NCBI GenBank assembly: GCA_965263075.1
Contig: CBDHGI010000006.1
Span: 338,929-402,928 of the forward strand
Source of the DNA: Chloroflexota bacterium
GTDB taxonomy: Bacteria > Chloroflexota > UBA11872
Reading direction: 5' to 3'
DNA: 64,000 bases
The notes under the pieces: model-generated
What the model was told of the DNA's origin: nothing
Seen by the model: the letters and a program-made list of their open reading frames with translations, nothing else
The model's database searches: none
Program-made: the position numbers and the translations under genes
Shown here: one piece after another, positions 9,104 through 18,078 of the stretch
How positions within the stretch are numbered: position 1 is the stretch's first letter
How the letters are laid out: the number at the start of each line of letters is the position of its first letter

Positions 9104-9989
9104 TTGATTCTAGACCAAGCGCTGCTCGAATTCGCTGTGCCGCCGCTGAGCGGCCTGGCAAACCGTCTGCCAGCGCCTCCGGCGCCATGCGCTGCGTTCC
9201 CCACAGTCCGGCGGCTCGCGCTAACGCCAGCAACGTCAGCGCCGCGTCCAGCCTAGGGAAGTCCTCCCCGGCGGCCTGACCGGGCGCCACGCTGCGCACA
9301 CGCCCATCGCTGTCCACGGCGGTCACGTACTTGGCATACGTCCAGTCGGTGAAGTCGAAGCCCACCAGTTCCAGATCGATGAACGTGGCTCGTGCTCCGT
9401 CGCAGATGATGTTCGACGGCGAAGCGTCCAGCGGCAGCAGGGCCAACTCGCCGGCAGCCACTGTCTGGCTCAAGGCATGCGTTGCCTCCGCCGGAACCGT
9501 CGGGTACGCCTCAGTCACGGCCTGCGCGACCGCCACCAGTTCTATCCGGCGCTTCCGCCTGGCCGCCTCATGACGCGACGCCGCAATGCGCGCATTCCAG
9601 GGCGTCAGCGCGCTGGTCAGTTGCAGCCAGGCGCGTCGCACCGCCGTCGATTCGGTCTGGCTGGGCGGATCGGCAGCCAGCAACCGCTCGTACAGGGTCG
9701 TACCCGGTACCCAGGCCCGTGCCAGCGCCCGCGCCTCCCCGGCCTCGGCAACCCATTTGGGTGTCGGCGCACCAGCTTGGCCCAACGCGCGGTAGAGCGC
9801 CGCCTCGGTGCGCAGCCGCTCGTCGGCGTTCGGTCCGTCGAAGAGCTTCAGCGCCAGATCAGTGTCCGCGACCGTCCACCGCCAAAGACCGGGACTAACG
9901 AAGCGCAGACACCCCGGCGATGCCAGGGCGGCAGCGCCCAGCACAGCCGCCAGCCGCGCCCGGGTTTCAGCCGACGGGCTTGAGCTCAA
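9081..9989 (-). CDS. Phosphotransferase-family protein (aminoglycoside/choline kinase-like fold)
   Basis: 302 aa with LDASPSNIICDG...IDLE motifs resembling the APH catalytic loop (HGDxxxxN...D). Confidence 0.6.
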   Translation of the reverse strand: MSSSPSAETRARLAAVLGAAALASPGCLRFVSPGLWRWTVADTDLALKLFDGPNADERLRTEAALYRALGQAGAPTPKWVAEAGEARALARAWVPGTTLYERLLAADPPSQTESTAVRRAWLQLTSALTPWNARIAASRHEAARRKRRIELVAVAQAVTEAYPTVPAEATHALSQTVAAGELALLPLDASPSNIICDGARATFIDLELVGFDFTDWTYAKYVTAVDSDGRVRSVAPGQAAGEDFPRLDAALTLLALARAAGLWGTQRMAPEALADGLPGRSAAAQRIRAALGLESIATSDGG

Positions 9990-10608
9990 TGTCCGTGCGT
10001 ACGGTCGTTGCTGGTTCGATCTCCAGGGCGAGGGCCAAGTCGCGCGAGGTCACAATCTCGTCCGGCGCAATTCGGAGACGGGCATGGAGCGTGCCGTTCT
10101 TGGCTTGCAGCGACCCAACTCCGGGCCTGATATCACGCCTGACGCCCTCCGGATCGCGGGCGCGTTCGATTTCAGTCTTGTCCTGCGCAACTAAGCGCTC
10201 GACGCGGTCACCCAGATCGGGCGGCGGTGGATCCACGGTTAGCTCGTACGTTGCCCAAGTCGTCCGCACACGACGGCCGGGGGCGCGATTGACGGCCACC
10301 ACCGCCATGCCCGGGATGGCGGCCGTGGCCAGACGCTCTTGCACCTCGCCGGCATCCAGCGCCTCCCGCAACGCCATGGTCATATATTCGCGCCGGCCTT
10401 CCGCGCCCACCGGCAAGGGCGGTCCGAAGCTCAGGCGCGGTTTGGGACTGAACCCCCGGCTATATGCCAGCGGCAAGCCAGCCCGTCGGGTCACCCGCTC
10501 CCAGGCCCGCCGCACGTCGTGCTGCGAAAGAAAGCGGGCGGCGCCCGTTTTGGTGAACCGAACCAGATACCAATGGTCCGGCGATTCCTGCTGTGATGCC
10601 ACCCGCAA
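9967..10608 (-). CDS. TIGR03936 / DUF2344 family protein (radical-SAM-associated)
   Basis: N-terminus WYLVRFTKTGAARFLSQHDVRRAWERVTRRAGLPLAYSRGFSPKPRLSFGPPLPVG closely matches the DUF2344 signature. Confidence 0.75.
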   Translation of the reverse strand: MRVASQQESPDHWYLVRFTKTGAARFLSQHDVRRAWERVTRRAGLPLAYSRGFSPKPRLSFGPPLPVGAEGRREYMTMALREALDAGEVQERLATAAIPGMAVVAVNRAPGRRVRTTWATYELTVDPPPPDLGDRVERLVAQDKTEIERARDPEGVRRDIRPGVGSLQAKNGTLHARLRIAPDEIVTSRDLALALEIEPATTVRTDIELKPVG

Positions 10609-10746
10609 GGATAAGGCTCCCAGCCCATCCAGCCTCGCAACGGGAAGAACCCGCCAACGATCCTGGGGTCCGGTAACACACAGGCCGGTGGCGACTGCTG
10701 ATTGGCCTGTACCATTGCCGCGGCTAGCCGCGACGCGCCGGGGGCC

Positions 10747-11272
10747 TGTGGATACGCCGGTTCTGCTGCTGAATCAGAACTACGAGCCGCTGAACGTGTG
10801 CCGGGTACGGCGTGCCATCGTGCTGCTGGACAAGGGCAAGGCCGAACCGCTCGCGCACCATGCGCGTCCGCTGCGCACGCCAGCCCGCGAAGTGCCACGG
10901 CCCAGCGTCATTCGCTTGCGCTACTACGTTCGGCGTCCACGTCCCATAGTCAAGCTAAGCCGCCGCGAGGTGTTCGTACGTGATGCGTACACCTGCCAGT
11001 ACTGCGGGGCGCACGGCACCGACCTGACGATTGACCACGTGATGCCCAGGCGGCTGGGCGGGCGCCGGCGCTGGGACAATCTGGTGACCGCCTGCCGTAC
11101 CTGCAACCTGCGGAAGGCGGGCCGAACGCCGGTGGGCGCCAACATGCGGCTGCTGCGCCGGCCAACGCATCCACGATCACCCTATTCGCACCTGCTGGGC
11201 CGGTTCTTCACCGGGACGCTCGATCCGGCCTGGGCGCCGTACCTGCCGTCCCTAATGCGGCAGGCCAGTTGA
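10747..11272 (+). CDS. HNH endonuclease
   Basis: Contains LLNQNYEPLNVCRVRRAIVLLDKGKAE ... CQYCGAHGTDLTIDHVMPRRLGG...NLVTACRTCNLRK (the HNH motif). The listed ORF start at 9920 is an antisense artefact. The GTG at 10747 directly precedes the conserved domain. Confidence 0.8.
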
Positions 11273-11315
11273 ACCGGCCGCCGGTCGAGCGCAGCGAGAA
11301 GGGACTACAGCGCCA

Positions 11316-12164
11316 ATGACCCCGATGTCTCAGGACGGCGGGCGGCAGTACCTGCCGCCGCGGGCGGTGGCCATGATCGAGTCCACGGTGTGCGCGGGCC
11401 TGGACGCCTTTGGCGCCGACCCGATTCCTGTGATCGGGCGGCCGGCCGATGCCGACGGCCCTCCGCTGGCGGCGATTCGACTTGATCGTGGGTCGCTGGT
11501 GAGCGCCCGGAACGACTGGCTGGAGGCGTTGCGGCCCGTGGTGACCAACATGCATCCCGACCTGCTCTTTTCGACGTTCGGAGCGTATGAACTCGCGCGG
11601 GTGACGCAGCCTGATGGTGAGAGTGCCTGGGGGCCGGTGTTTTTCTTCTTCGGCGACGCCTCTACCTGGAACGACCCGGCGGATCCCGGCGTGGTGAGGT
11701 TGGGTGAGGACGACTTGGCGGAAGTTGATTACAAGCGTTTCTGGCATTGCTACGACGGCGAGGCGCACGACGGCTACGGGTTGATCCAGGACGGCGAGCT
11801 GGTGGCGCTGGCAGCGGTCCTTCACCACGACGAGGGCGTCGAGGAAATCGGGATGGATGTGATGCCGGAAGCTCGGGGCCGCGGCATGGGCCGGGCCATC
11901 GTGGGGGCAGCGGGTACGGCGATCATCGAGCGGGGCAATCTGGCGCTGGCCACGACCTCCCCATGGAACGTGCCTTCCGCGCGCACGCTGCGCTCGGCCG
12001 GTTTGCGATACGCCTATAGCCAGATGATGACCTTCGACGCGTTCGACGGCGCGTTCCCCATGCCGGCTCAGCCCCTTGGCCGTCCCTACCCCGGCGCCCG
12101 GATGGTGAATTATTACCCGGCCTGGGCCATGAACCAGGACATCGAGCCAAGGCCTGATATGTAG
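11316..12164 (+). CDS. GNAT-family N-acetyltransferase (C-terminal domain) with an N-terminal extension
   Basis: C-terminal block LVALAAVLHHDEGVEEIGMDVMPEARGRGMGRAIV is typical of GNAT motif A. Confidence 0.65.
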   Translation: MTPMSQDGGRQYLPPRAVAMIESTVCAGLDAFGADPIPVIGRPADADGPPLAAIRLDRGSLVSARNDWLEALRPVVTNMHPDLLFSTFGAYELARVTQPDGESAWGPVFFFFGDASTWNDPADPGVVRLGEDDLAEVDYKRFWHCYDGEAHDGYGLIQDGELVALAAVLHHDEGVEEIGMDVMPEARGRGMGRAIVGAAGTAIIERGNLALATTSPWNVPSARTLRSAGLRYAYSQMMTFDAFDGAFPMPAQPLGRPYPGARMVNYYPAWAMNQDIEPRPDM

Positions 12165-12217
12165 CCGGCGGCGATGGCCTCACTTGGCGCAGAAGCGACA
12201 TGCGCAGCGAGATCTTG

Positions 12218-12859
12218 TCAGAGATAGGCGCGCAGGATGGTTACCCAGGCCGTGAAGTCGGTGTCGGGGGTTGCGCCGAAGGGTTCGCGGCGGACTTCGA
12301 GGATTTCGAAGTAAGGCTCGCAGCAGGCGACGATGGCTTGCAGCGAGTGGCGGGGGTAGCCGCGCGGGTCGGGTTCGCCGGTTTCGGGATCCCGGTTGTC
12401 GGCGCAGCCGGTGAGGCTGATCCAGTGACCGCCAGGCACGAGCCAACGCGACACACGGCGGGCGAACCTGGCACGACCTGCTTCGTCGAAGGTGGCCCAG
12501 ACGCTGCGGTCGAAGGCCAGGTCGAATGGCGTGTCAGGCGACTCCTTGAGGAAGTCCGCACGGCGCAGTTCGAGCGCGCCGTCAATGTCGGCGGTCTGTC
12601 GACGGGCCTCGTCGATTGCCGCCTGGGAGATGTCGACGCCCAAAACGCGGTAGCCCAGGGAGGCCATATGGGCGGCCTTGCCGCCGAGGCCACAGCCGAT
12701 GTCGAGCAGGCGGCCGTCGGGCGGGGCGTAGCGGGCTAGCAGTTCGGGTAGCGGACGCCAGGGCTGGCCGTCGTCCCACGGGGTATCGCGGTCCTGGTAC
12801 TTGGCTTCCCAGTGCTCGCGCGTTCGACGGGCGGCGCGCTGTTCGGCGTCAGCGTTCAT
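12218..12859 (-). CDS. Class I SAM-dependent methyltransferase (TPMT/TehB-like)
   Basis: Starts MNADAEQRAARRTREHWEAKYQDRDTPWD and contains LLDIGCGLGGKAAHMASLGYRVLGVDIS. The listed ORF N-terminus (to 13228) is an Arg/Pro-rich artefact. The ATG at 12859 overlaps the macro-domain gene stop (ATGA). Confidence 0.75.
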   Translation of the reverse strand: MNADAEQRAARRTREHWEAKYQDRDTPWDDGQPWRPLPELLARYAPPDGRLLDIGCGLGGKAAHMASLGYRVLGVDISQAAIDEARRQTADIDGALELRRADFLKESPDTPFDLAFDRSVWATFDEAGRARFARRVSRWLVPGGHWISLTGCADNRDPETGEPDPRGYPRHSLQAIVACCEPYFEILEVRREPFGATPDTDFTAWVTILRAYL

Positions 12860-13389
12860 TGGGCTGCCCTGGCCTGTATGGCCTGTGCGTAGATCTCGCG
12901 GTCGTCGTCGCCGAAGACCACGAAGCGGACCTCGTCGAGGTCGAGGTCCGCCAGCGCATCGGCCACGGCGTCCAGCGCAGTCTCGGCCGCCAGGGCCTTG
13001 GGGTAGCCGTAGACGCCGGTGCTGATGGACGGGAAGGCGATGGTGCGCGCGCCGTGGGCCGCGGCGACTTCCAGGGAGCGCAGGTAGGCCGAGGCGAGCA
13101 GATCCGGTTCGCCGGCCTCGCCGCCCGACCAGATGGGTCCGACGGTATGAATCACGTGGTCGGCGGGCAGCCAGCCAGCCGTGGTGCGTACGGCGTCGCC
13201 GGTGGGGCAGCCACCGATCTGGCGGCACTCGGCCATGATGTCGGGTCCACCGGCGCGGTGGATGGCACCGTCCACGCCGCCGCCGCCCCGCAGAGCTGCA
13301 TTGGCGGCGTTCACGATGGCGTCGACTTCCTGGACGGTGATGTCGCCCTGGACCAGGGTCAGGCGGGTCGTCCCAACAAGCAGCTCCAT
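12856..13389 (-). CDS. Macro-domain protein (O-acetyl-ADP-ribose deacetylase, YmdB-like)
   Basis: MELLVGTTRLTLVQGDITVQEVDAIVNAANAALRGGGGVDGAIHRAGG matches the macro-domain signature. The true ATG is at 13389; the upstream listed extension is low-complexity. Confidence 0.8.
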   Translation of the reverse strand: MELLVGTTRLTLVQGDITVQEVDAIVNAANAALRGGGGVDGAIHRAGGPDIMAECRQIGGCPTGDAVRTTAGWLPADHVIHTVGPIWSGGEAGEPDLLASAYLRSLEVAAAHGARTIAFPSISTGVYGYPKALAAETALDAVADALADLDLDEVRFVVFGDDDREIYAQAIQARAAQ

Positions 13390-13417
13390 CACGCGTCCTT
13401 CTGAAGGCATCCTGCCG

Positions 13418-15295
13418 TCATGCGGAAACAGGCCGGACGTGGACGAGCAGGCGGCTGGGGTGCTCGGGGTCGTGATACACGGATTGGTGAGCCATCTCGA
13501 CGCGCCGCGATAGGCCCAACGGCTCGCCGGTGTTGGGGTTGGCGTCGAAGCGTGGGTAGTTGGACGAGGAGATGTCCACGCGCAGCCGGTGGCAGGGCGC
13601 GAAGCGGTTGGCCGTGGGGTAAAGGATGATGCGGAACTCGCAAATCTCCCCCGGCTCGAGGAATTCCTCGCGATCGAATCCGTTTCGATAGCGGGCGCGC
13701 AGGATGCTGTCGGCCAGGTTGAGTTCGTAGCCGCCGGGCGTGGCGTGGGTGTGTGGGTACACATCCAGCAGCTTGGCGGTGAAGTCGGTGTCGAGGGCGC
13801 TGCTGGAAACGAACAGGACGACCTTCACCGGCCCCGCGATCTCGAACGGCTCGTCGAACGGTGCGGTCTCGAAGCTCAGCACGTCGGGCCGGCTGGCGAG
13901 CGATAGGGTGTCGCGGTGTCCGTGAAAGCGTCCCGGCTGGCCGCGCTGGTCGAAGCCGCCCGAGGGCAGCGCCTCTTCGGCCGCGCTGATGGATCCGCCG
14001 GTGGTCGGCACTGGATTGCGCGGGTCGTAGGTGAAGCGCGTTGGATCGGTGGGGTCGTCCGGCGGATCGCCGGCGAGCGAGCCGTCGGCTTGCAGGTAGA
14101 GGGCGGTCTCGGCGGCATCGGGTGGCGGCCACTGGTCGGCCGAATCCCAGCGGCCGCCGTGCCAGAGGCGACCTGCCAGGTCGGCGGGCGAGCGGCCGAT
14201 CTGTCCGCCCATCACGAAGTAGCGGACGGACGGCTCGCGGTCGAGGCCGGTTTCCATCTGCTTGAGGTGGTGATCGAAGAAGCGCAGGCGCAGGTCGTCA
14301 TAGAGCGGTAGCGCGGATTCGAGGCCGAGGTCCACGTCGCCGGCGGACGTCTCCTCAGTCGTGGGCTCGCCGTGCCGCCAGGGACCCAGCAGCAGTGCCA
14401 TGGGGCTGGACTTGCGGCGGCGGAGGGCCTGGAAGTTGGCGATAGCGCCACGCGGGTAGGTGTCGTACCAGCCGCTCTGGAAGAGGACGGGGACGTCGGC
14501 GTGCTCGTGCCAATACTCGTCGATGTTGTAGCCACGCTGCGACCAGTAGGCGCCGCGGCTCCCGTGGGTGAGGATGTCCCAGGCCCACTGCTCGTAAAGC
14601 GGCAGGAATCGCAGGGCGGTGCGGCCGGGGCGGAAGCGCAGGGGCGGACCCAAAATTTCTGGCACGCGCTCGAACTCGGCGCATAGCACGCGATCGAGGT
14701 CGGGGTCGGCCACGGCCTCCTGGCTGGTCATCGCCATGCGGTAGGCGTAGCTGATGAAGCGCTGTTCCAAGGCGCCGCCCTGACGCATGGACGAGATCAG
14801 GTAGTTGCTGGTGCCCTGACCCACGACCTGGGCGCGCAGATGCGGCGGGTTGAGGGTGGCGAGGGCGCTCTGGTCAGAACCCGCGTAGGACCCGCCCATC
14901 GTGCCCACCAGGCCGTTGCACCAGGGCTGGACCGCGACCCACTCCACGGCGTCGTAGCCGTCGGGCGCTTCCTTGGCGAAGGGGTACCAGTGTCCGCCGG
15001 AGCGTCCGCGGCCGCGGACGTCGTTGATGACGACGGCGTAGCCGCGACGCGCGTACCAGTGCCCCTTGCGGGCATAGCGAATCGAGTCCTTGAGGTAGGG
15101 CGTGCGCTCGACGAGGGCGGGGAACTTCGCGTCAAGCGGTCGTCCGTTGAGGGCGGGCAAGTAGACGTCGGCGGCCAGTTGCACACCGTCGCGGGCCGGG
15201 ATGAGGACGTCGGGCAGCACGACGGAGTCGTAGGCCCGGTGCGATCCCTGATATCCGGCGTCGGTAATGCGCCGGTCCGTCCGGTTCGTGATCAA
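13418..15295 (-). CDS. CocE/NonD-family hydrolase (X-Pro dipeptidyl-peptidase S15 family)
   Basis: About 625 aa containing GYAVVINDVRGRGRSGG and GGSYAGS (nucleophile-elbow region). A TTG at 15295 is preceded by GAGGTGA; the TTG at 15412 is the alternative start. Confidence 0.8.
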   Translation of the reverse strand: MITNRTDRRITDAGYQGSHRAYDSVVLPDVLIPARDGVQLAADVYLPALNGRPLDAKFPALVERTPYLKDSIRYARKGHWYARRGYAVVINDVRGRGRSGGHWYPFAKEAPDGYDAVEWVAVQPWCNGLVGTMGGSYAGSDQSALATLNPPHLRAQVVGQGTSNYLISSMRQGGALEQRFISYAYRMAMTSQEAVADPDLDRVLCAEFERVPEILGPPLRFRPGRTALRFLPLYEQWAWDILTHGSRGAYWSQRGYNIDEYWHEHADVPVLFQSGWYDTYPRGAIANFQALRRRKSSPMALLLGPWRHGEPTTEETSAGDVDLGLESALPLYDDLRLRFFDHHLKQMETGLDREPSVRYFVMGGQIGRSPADLAGRLWHGGRWDSADQWPPPDAAETALYLQADGSLAGDPPDDPTDPTRFTYDPRNPVPTTGGSISAAEEALPSGGFDQRGQPGRFHGHRDTLSLASRPDVLSFETAPFDEPFEIAGPVKVVLFVSSSALDTDFTAKLLDVYPHTHATPGGYELNLADSILRARYRNGFDREEFLEPGEICEFRIILYPTANRFAPCHRLRVDISSSNYPRFDANPNTGEPLGLSRRVEMAHQSVYHDPEHPSRLLVHVRPVSA

Positions 15296-15432
15296 GCCGT
15301 CACCTCGAGTTGGGACGTCTGCCGCTGGTGCGCCCAATGATGCCCGGTTGGGCTGACCGAAGTTGTCGTCCACGAATTGTGAAGCCAAGCGGGCGTGGCA
15401 TTCTCTCGTCAATCGCTGCCGAGGCGGTGGAT

Positions 15433-16497
15433 ATGAATCTGGACGACCTGCGACTTACTCCCGAGGACTACCGGCCGCAGCCGCCGAGCGGCCGTCACCA
15501 CCGGATAGGTCTGATCGGGTGCGGCGGCATCGCCAACGGCGCGCACCTGCCGGCGTACCGGGACTTTGGCTATGAGGTCGTGGCGTGCAGCGACATCGAT
15601 CCGGCCGCCGTTGAAGCCACGCAGGCGCGCTGGGGGATCGAGGCGGCGGGAATGGATCCACGGGTGGTGCTGGACAACCCACAGGTTGAGGTGATCGACC
15701 TGGCAGTGCATCCGCATGCCCGCCTGAAGCTGTGGCCGGCGCTGCTGGAGGCAGGCAAGCCGATCCTGTCGCAGAAACCCTTCGCGATGACCTGGGAGGA
15801 CGCGGTCTCGATGGCAACGTCGGCTCAGGCTTCCGGGGTGACGCTGATGATCAATCAGCAGGCGCGCTGGGCGCCGGCGCACGCGGCGATCAAGCTGCTG
15901 ATCGATACGGGCATTTGCGGCCCGCTGTTCAGCGTGGCGCACGTGCGCCGGGGGTACCAGGACCAGCCGGACAAATGGTGGCGTGACGTAGTGAACTTCA
16001 ACATCGTGGACCACGGGGTGCACTTCCTGGATCTGATCCGCCACTTCAGCGGACGCACACCCGACGCAGTGAGCGCGACCACGGCAATGATGCAGGGTCA
16101 GAACGCGGTTTCGCCGCTGAGTCACACGCTGGCCCTGCACTTCGACAGCGGCGACCTGACGGCGATCGATCACTTCAACAACATCATCCAAAGCCGCGCC
16201 GCCCACTCCGAGTTCTGGCATATCGACGGCGCGGAGGGCTCGATCACCGGAACGCCGCAGTGGGTGGACGTCACGCAGCGCGACGAACCCGAGCGGCGGG
16301 TGCGCTTCCCGATCGAGGGGACATGGTTTCCGGAGGCATTCGGAGGCAGCATGGGCGAGTTGATGGCCGCGCTGAACGAAGGCCGCGAGCCATTGACCTC
16401 GAGTCGCGACAACCTTCACTCAATCCGCATCGCGGCGGCGGGGGTGCGCAGCAGCGACGAGCAGCGGACGGTGCGGTTGGAGGAGTTTGTGGCGTAG
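15433..16497 (+). CDS. Gfo/Idh/MocA-family oxidoreductase
   Basis: HRIGLIGCGGIANGAHLPAY Rossmann motif. The ATG at 15433 (MNLDDLRL) is more plausible than the listed 15310. Confidence 0.8.
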   Translation: MNLDDLRLTPEDYRPQPPSGRHHRIGLIGCGGIANGAHLPAYRDFGYEVVACSDIDPAAVEATQARWGIEAAGMDPRVVLDNPQVEVIDLAVHPHARLKLWPALLEAGKPILSQKPFAMTWEDAVSMATSAQASGVTLMINQQARWAPAHAAIKLLIDTGICGPLFSVAHVRRGYQDQPDKWWRDVVNFNIVDHGVHFLDLIRHFSGRTPDAVSATTAMMQGQNAVSPLSHTLALHFDSGDLTAIDHFNNIIQSRAAHSEFWHIDGAEGSITGTPQWVDVTQRDEPERRVRFPIEGTWFPEAFGGSMGELMAALNEGREPLTSSRDNLHSIRIAAAGVRSSDEQRTVRLEEFVA

Positions 16498-16734
16498 GGG
16501 TTGCGCGGAATCCGCAGGCTGTGGGCCCCGCCAGCTGCACGACACTGGTCTTGCGAACGTTGGGAAAAGCGTGATGTGTCGAAGCTATACATACTATTGA
16601 TCGATGAATAAGGTCTTGGAATTGAAGACGCGCGCCGTGGACAGTGCGCAGCCCGACGATCCCGACTGCTCACCGCATCCGCTGGACGTGCTGGCGATCT
16701 ATGCGCTGTATCAGCAGGAGTCAGGTGGGTAAAC

Positions 16735-18078
16735 GTGACTTGGGTGCGTCGAGTTGTGTCCATTGCCGCAGTGATTAGTTGTCTCTTCTTTTTTTCAGGG
16801 TGTGAGTTGACGTCTCCGACACCTGTCGAGGAGTTGACGTCTCCGACACCTGTCGAGGGGACGCGTGGCGAGGGCGTTTCTGAGGGTGGCGGGCTTGTGT
16901 GCGGGCCATATACCGCTTGGCATAACGACCCCCCGCCGCACTTCATCAACTGGAGCCCGGATGGCACGCATCTCATCTTTGACGACATCACGTCGGTGCA
17001 GTTGGTGGACGTCAACGGGACGCGGCTGCGGCAGATCGTCGACGCGAATCCAGGCTACCGATTCCGTGAAGGAATTGGCCCGTTCGCCCAGTTTTCGCCG
17101 GACGGTCAAGCCATCGTGTATGCCAGTTGCGAGTTCTCGACCGATAGGGACGCGTGGCTTGGTGACGCGCCACGGGACCCGCGCGGGGACTACAAGTTCG
17201 AGATAGCGACGGTGGGCGTGGACGGGACCGGCGGGCAGCGGCGCACGACGGACTCGTATTACGATCACCTGCCGGTGTGGTCGCCCGACGGCCGCCGTAT
17301 CGCGTACTTGTCGGCTGGTCACCCGTTCAAAGAACGGAGCCTCAATGAGCTCTATGTCCTTTCGGTGGGTGCCGCGGACGTCGATCCCGTAGCGCTGGTG
17401 CGCGATCTCTACGTTGCGGCGCCACCGCAGTGGGCACCGGACGGAACGCAGCTGGCAGTTCTCATGCTCGGCGACGACGTTCAAGTCGGCGACACGTTCG
17501 CTAAGGCCATGGGTGTTGTAGTAGCCGCGCTCGACGGCTCCACGCCGCGCACGGTGGCGCACACGGTGAGCACGGTGTCCTGGTCGCCGGACGGCCAGCG
17601 CCTGGCGTTGGCGCGGCTGCACGGGAACGCCGTGCAGTTGGTGACGATCGCGCCGGATGGGTCGGATGCGCAGGTCATCCGGCGGCTGACCGATCGGGTG
17701 GGGCTGTCGGCGCACGTCGATGTTCAGCACTCCATCTATAACGTCCCGCTGCTCCACGTGGCGTGGGCGCCGGACGGGTCGCACTTTCTCTATTCGTGTG
17801 GACAGCAGTTCTGCGTGGTGGACCTGGACGGCGAGATCGTGGGGCGCTCGCCGGAGGAATTCGCCAACGAGCGGGGACGAGCACGAGCCGCGGCGGCCTG
17901 GGCGCCGGACGGGTCGCGGATCGCGGTGCGGACGTCGGGCGGCCCGACGCCCGACGGCGAGGTGGTGCTGTACACGATGGCGCCGGACGGCTCGGACGTG
18001 CGGGTGCTGGTGCGCGGCGTTGGTGATGGAGGACTCGAGTTAGCGGGGCGTGGAGGCGGGGAAGGACGCGTGCCGTGA
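16735..18078 (+). CDS. Lipoprotein with PD40/TolB-like beta-propeller repeats
   Basis: Lipobox LFFFSGC, and repeated W(S/A)PDG motifs (WSPDGTH, FSPDGQA, WSPDGRR, WAPDGTQ, WSPDGQR, WAPDGSH, WAPDGSR). Confidence 0.7.
   Translation: MTWVRRVVSIAAVISCLFFFSGCELTSPTPVEELTSPTPVEGTRGEGVSEGGGLVCGPYTAWHNDPPPHFINWSPDGTHLIFDDITSVQLVDVNGTRLRQIVDANPGYRFREGIGPFAQFSPDGQAIVYASCEFSTDRDAWLGDAPRDPRGDYKFEIATVGVDGTGGQRRTTDSYYDHLPVWSPDGRRIAYLSAGHPFKERSLNELYVLSVGAADVDPVALVRDLYVAAPPQWAPDGTQLAVLMLGDDVQVGDTFAKAMGVVVAALDGSTPRTVAHTVSTVSWSPDGQRLALARLHGNAVQLVTIAPDGSDAQVIRRLTDRVGLSAHVDVQHSIYNVPLLHVAWAPDGSHFLYSCGQQFCVVDLDGEIVGRSPEEFANERGRARAAAAWAPDGSRIAVRTSGGPTPDGEVVLYTMAPDGSDVRVLVRGVGDGGLELAGRGGGEGRVP
16804..16857 (+). repeat. 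Perfect 27-bp tandem duplication (x2) inside the lipoprotein gene, encoding ELTSPTPVE twice
   Basis: gagttgacgtctccgacacctgtcgag repeated back to back. Confidence 0.9.

Noticed and set aside
9920-10746. N-terminal 275 codons of the listed 450-aa ORF containing the HNH domain
   Set aside because: It is antisense to the DUF2344 gene and low-complexity. The HNH gene most likely starts at the GTG at 10747.
16804-16857. Possible CRISPR array
   Set aside because: It is only two perfect 27-bp copies with no spacer between them, lies inside a coding frame, and has no cas genes nearby. It is an in-frame coding duplication, not a CRISPR array.
16795-17784. 329-aa minus-strand ORF
   Set aside because: It is antisense to the PD40-repeat lipoprotein gene, which has clear repeat motifs, and it is Arg-rich.
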